Shown here one piece after another: positions 63,388 through 64,000 of a DNA stretch of 64,000 nucleotides. The translations under genes were made by a program, and so were the position numbers. The notes beneath the pieces were generated by a model. The model was not told the DNA's origin and did no database searches. It saw only the letters and a list, made by a program, of their open reading frames with translations. The stretch's first letter is position 1, and the number at the start of each line of letters is the position of its first letter. Location of the stretch: contig CANQKY010000001.1 of NCBI GenBank assembly GCA_947624575.1, positions 4,964 to 68,963 of the forward strand, given 5' to 3'. The stretch is from an uncultured Clostridia bacterium (GTDB lineage Bacteria > Bacillota > Clostridia > Oscillospirales > Ruminococcaceae).

Positions 63388-63975
63388 ATGAAGCACCTTG
63401 CCAAATATGTTGCGGATTGTTATCGAGAGAAAAACATAATGCCGTCTACAACTATTGACTGCATGGAATATACAATGCAGGCTTTACTAAACGAAATCAG
63501 CAAATGCTTGCTCTATGGGGTGTTGTTTGCTTTTTTTCATCTTTTACCGGATTATCTGTTTGCTTGTTCAGTATTTATTTCTCTTCGGTGGTTTGCTGGC
63601 GGTATTCATTGCAAAACATATTGGGGCTGTTTTGTTGTAAGTTTGTTTATGCTTGGCTTTTGTATATTAATGCCGCGTTTTTTTATGGGTAATCTTGATG
63701 TTATGATAGCGGTATCAACAGTTTCAATTATATGTCCATTGATTTTGTCACCGGTGACACCTTCATTTCGCATAATCAAGAAAAAGCAGGATCGCATCAA
63801 ATTGCGTGTTCTCGCAGTTATATTATCCTTATTTTGGATAGCAGTTGCGGCTCTTTTCATCAAAGAACTTACTAATGCTCTTATTATATTATATACTGTT
63901 GCCATGGTTAACTATCAACTTCCCATTGCAAAAGCAATGTCAGGTAGAAACACTACTACAACTGATATGCTCTAG
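63388..63975 (+). CDS. agrB: AgrB-family autoinducing-peptide processing membrane protease
   Basis: 195-aa polytopic protein. The ISLRWFAGGIHCKTYWGCFVVS motif (R...GG.H......C) is typical of AgrB. Confidence 0.75.
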   Translation: MKHLAKYVADCYREKNIMPSTTIDCMEYTMQALLNEISKCLLYGVLFAFFHLLPDYLFACSVFISLRWFAGGIHCKTYWGCFVVSLFMLGFCILMPRFFMGNLDVMIAVSTVSIICPLILSPVTPSFRIIKKKQDRIKLRVLAVILSLFWIAVAALFIKELTNALIILYTVAMVNYQLPIAKAMSGRNTTTTDML

Positions 63976-64000
63976 CGTTTGCTTATTATATGGCATAAAT

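Overview
Accessory-rich 64-kb window that looks like a Clostridia-type Firmicute. That taxonomy is inferred from the Gram-positive-style T4SS genes, an SPKTG sorting signal and agr-like quorum sensing. Layout, left to right. (i) 1-6.7 kb: envelope-glycopolymer modification genes (TagD-like cytidylyltransferase/oxidoreductase fusion, class V aminotransferase, FrhB-like Fe-S protein, polysaccharide pyruvyl transferase). Two of these carry 9-nt G/C homopolymer tracts. (ii) 6707-6751: an orphan 3' half of a tRNA-Arg-like gene (att-type scar), with a near-consensus outward promoter nearby. (iii) 6.8-8.7 kb: GC-richer HTH and sigma-like regulators of conjugative-element type. (iv) about 8.8-25.7 kb: a visibly AT-rich island. 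It holds a Panacea-like/membrane-protein pair, two gene-fragment scars copied from the downstream ICE, and a roughly 12.5-kb RiPP locus. The locus encodes three radical SAM/SPASM enzymes (two with RRE domains), an M16 protease, an HPr-kinase-like protein, an ABC exporter, an NTP_transf_5 protein and an SDR. It also has three tandem 44-45-aa Cys-rich precursor genes (17493-17964) that are absent from the supplied ORF track and are bracketed by a 22-nt inverted repeat. (v) about 25.75-59.15 kb: an ICE-like block with VirB4, a VirD4-type coupling protein, VirB6/VirB2-like proteins, a cell-wall hydrolase and a 1678-aa thioester/VaFE adhesin. It also carries Phd plus a decayed ParE, AbiEi/AbiEii, SSB, DUF932, an orphan N6-adenine methylase with an SNF2 helicase, and sigma factors. 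I could not recognise an integrase or relaxase in it. (vi) 59.2-64 kb: AT-rich again, with a 5'-truncated SPASM gene remnant, a short divergent MetK paralog, an AgrC-like kinase, a LytTR regulator and AgrB. The RiPP locus is my best candidate for an undescribed system. Its novelty cannot be verified without database searches. All family assignments are by-eye motif recognition, not searches.
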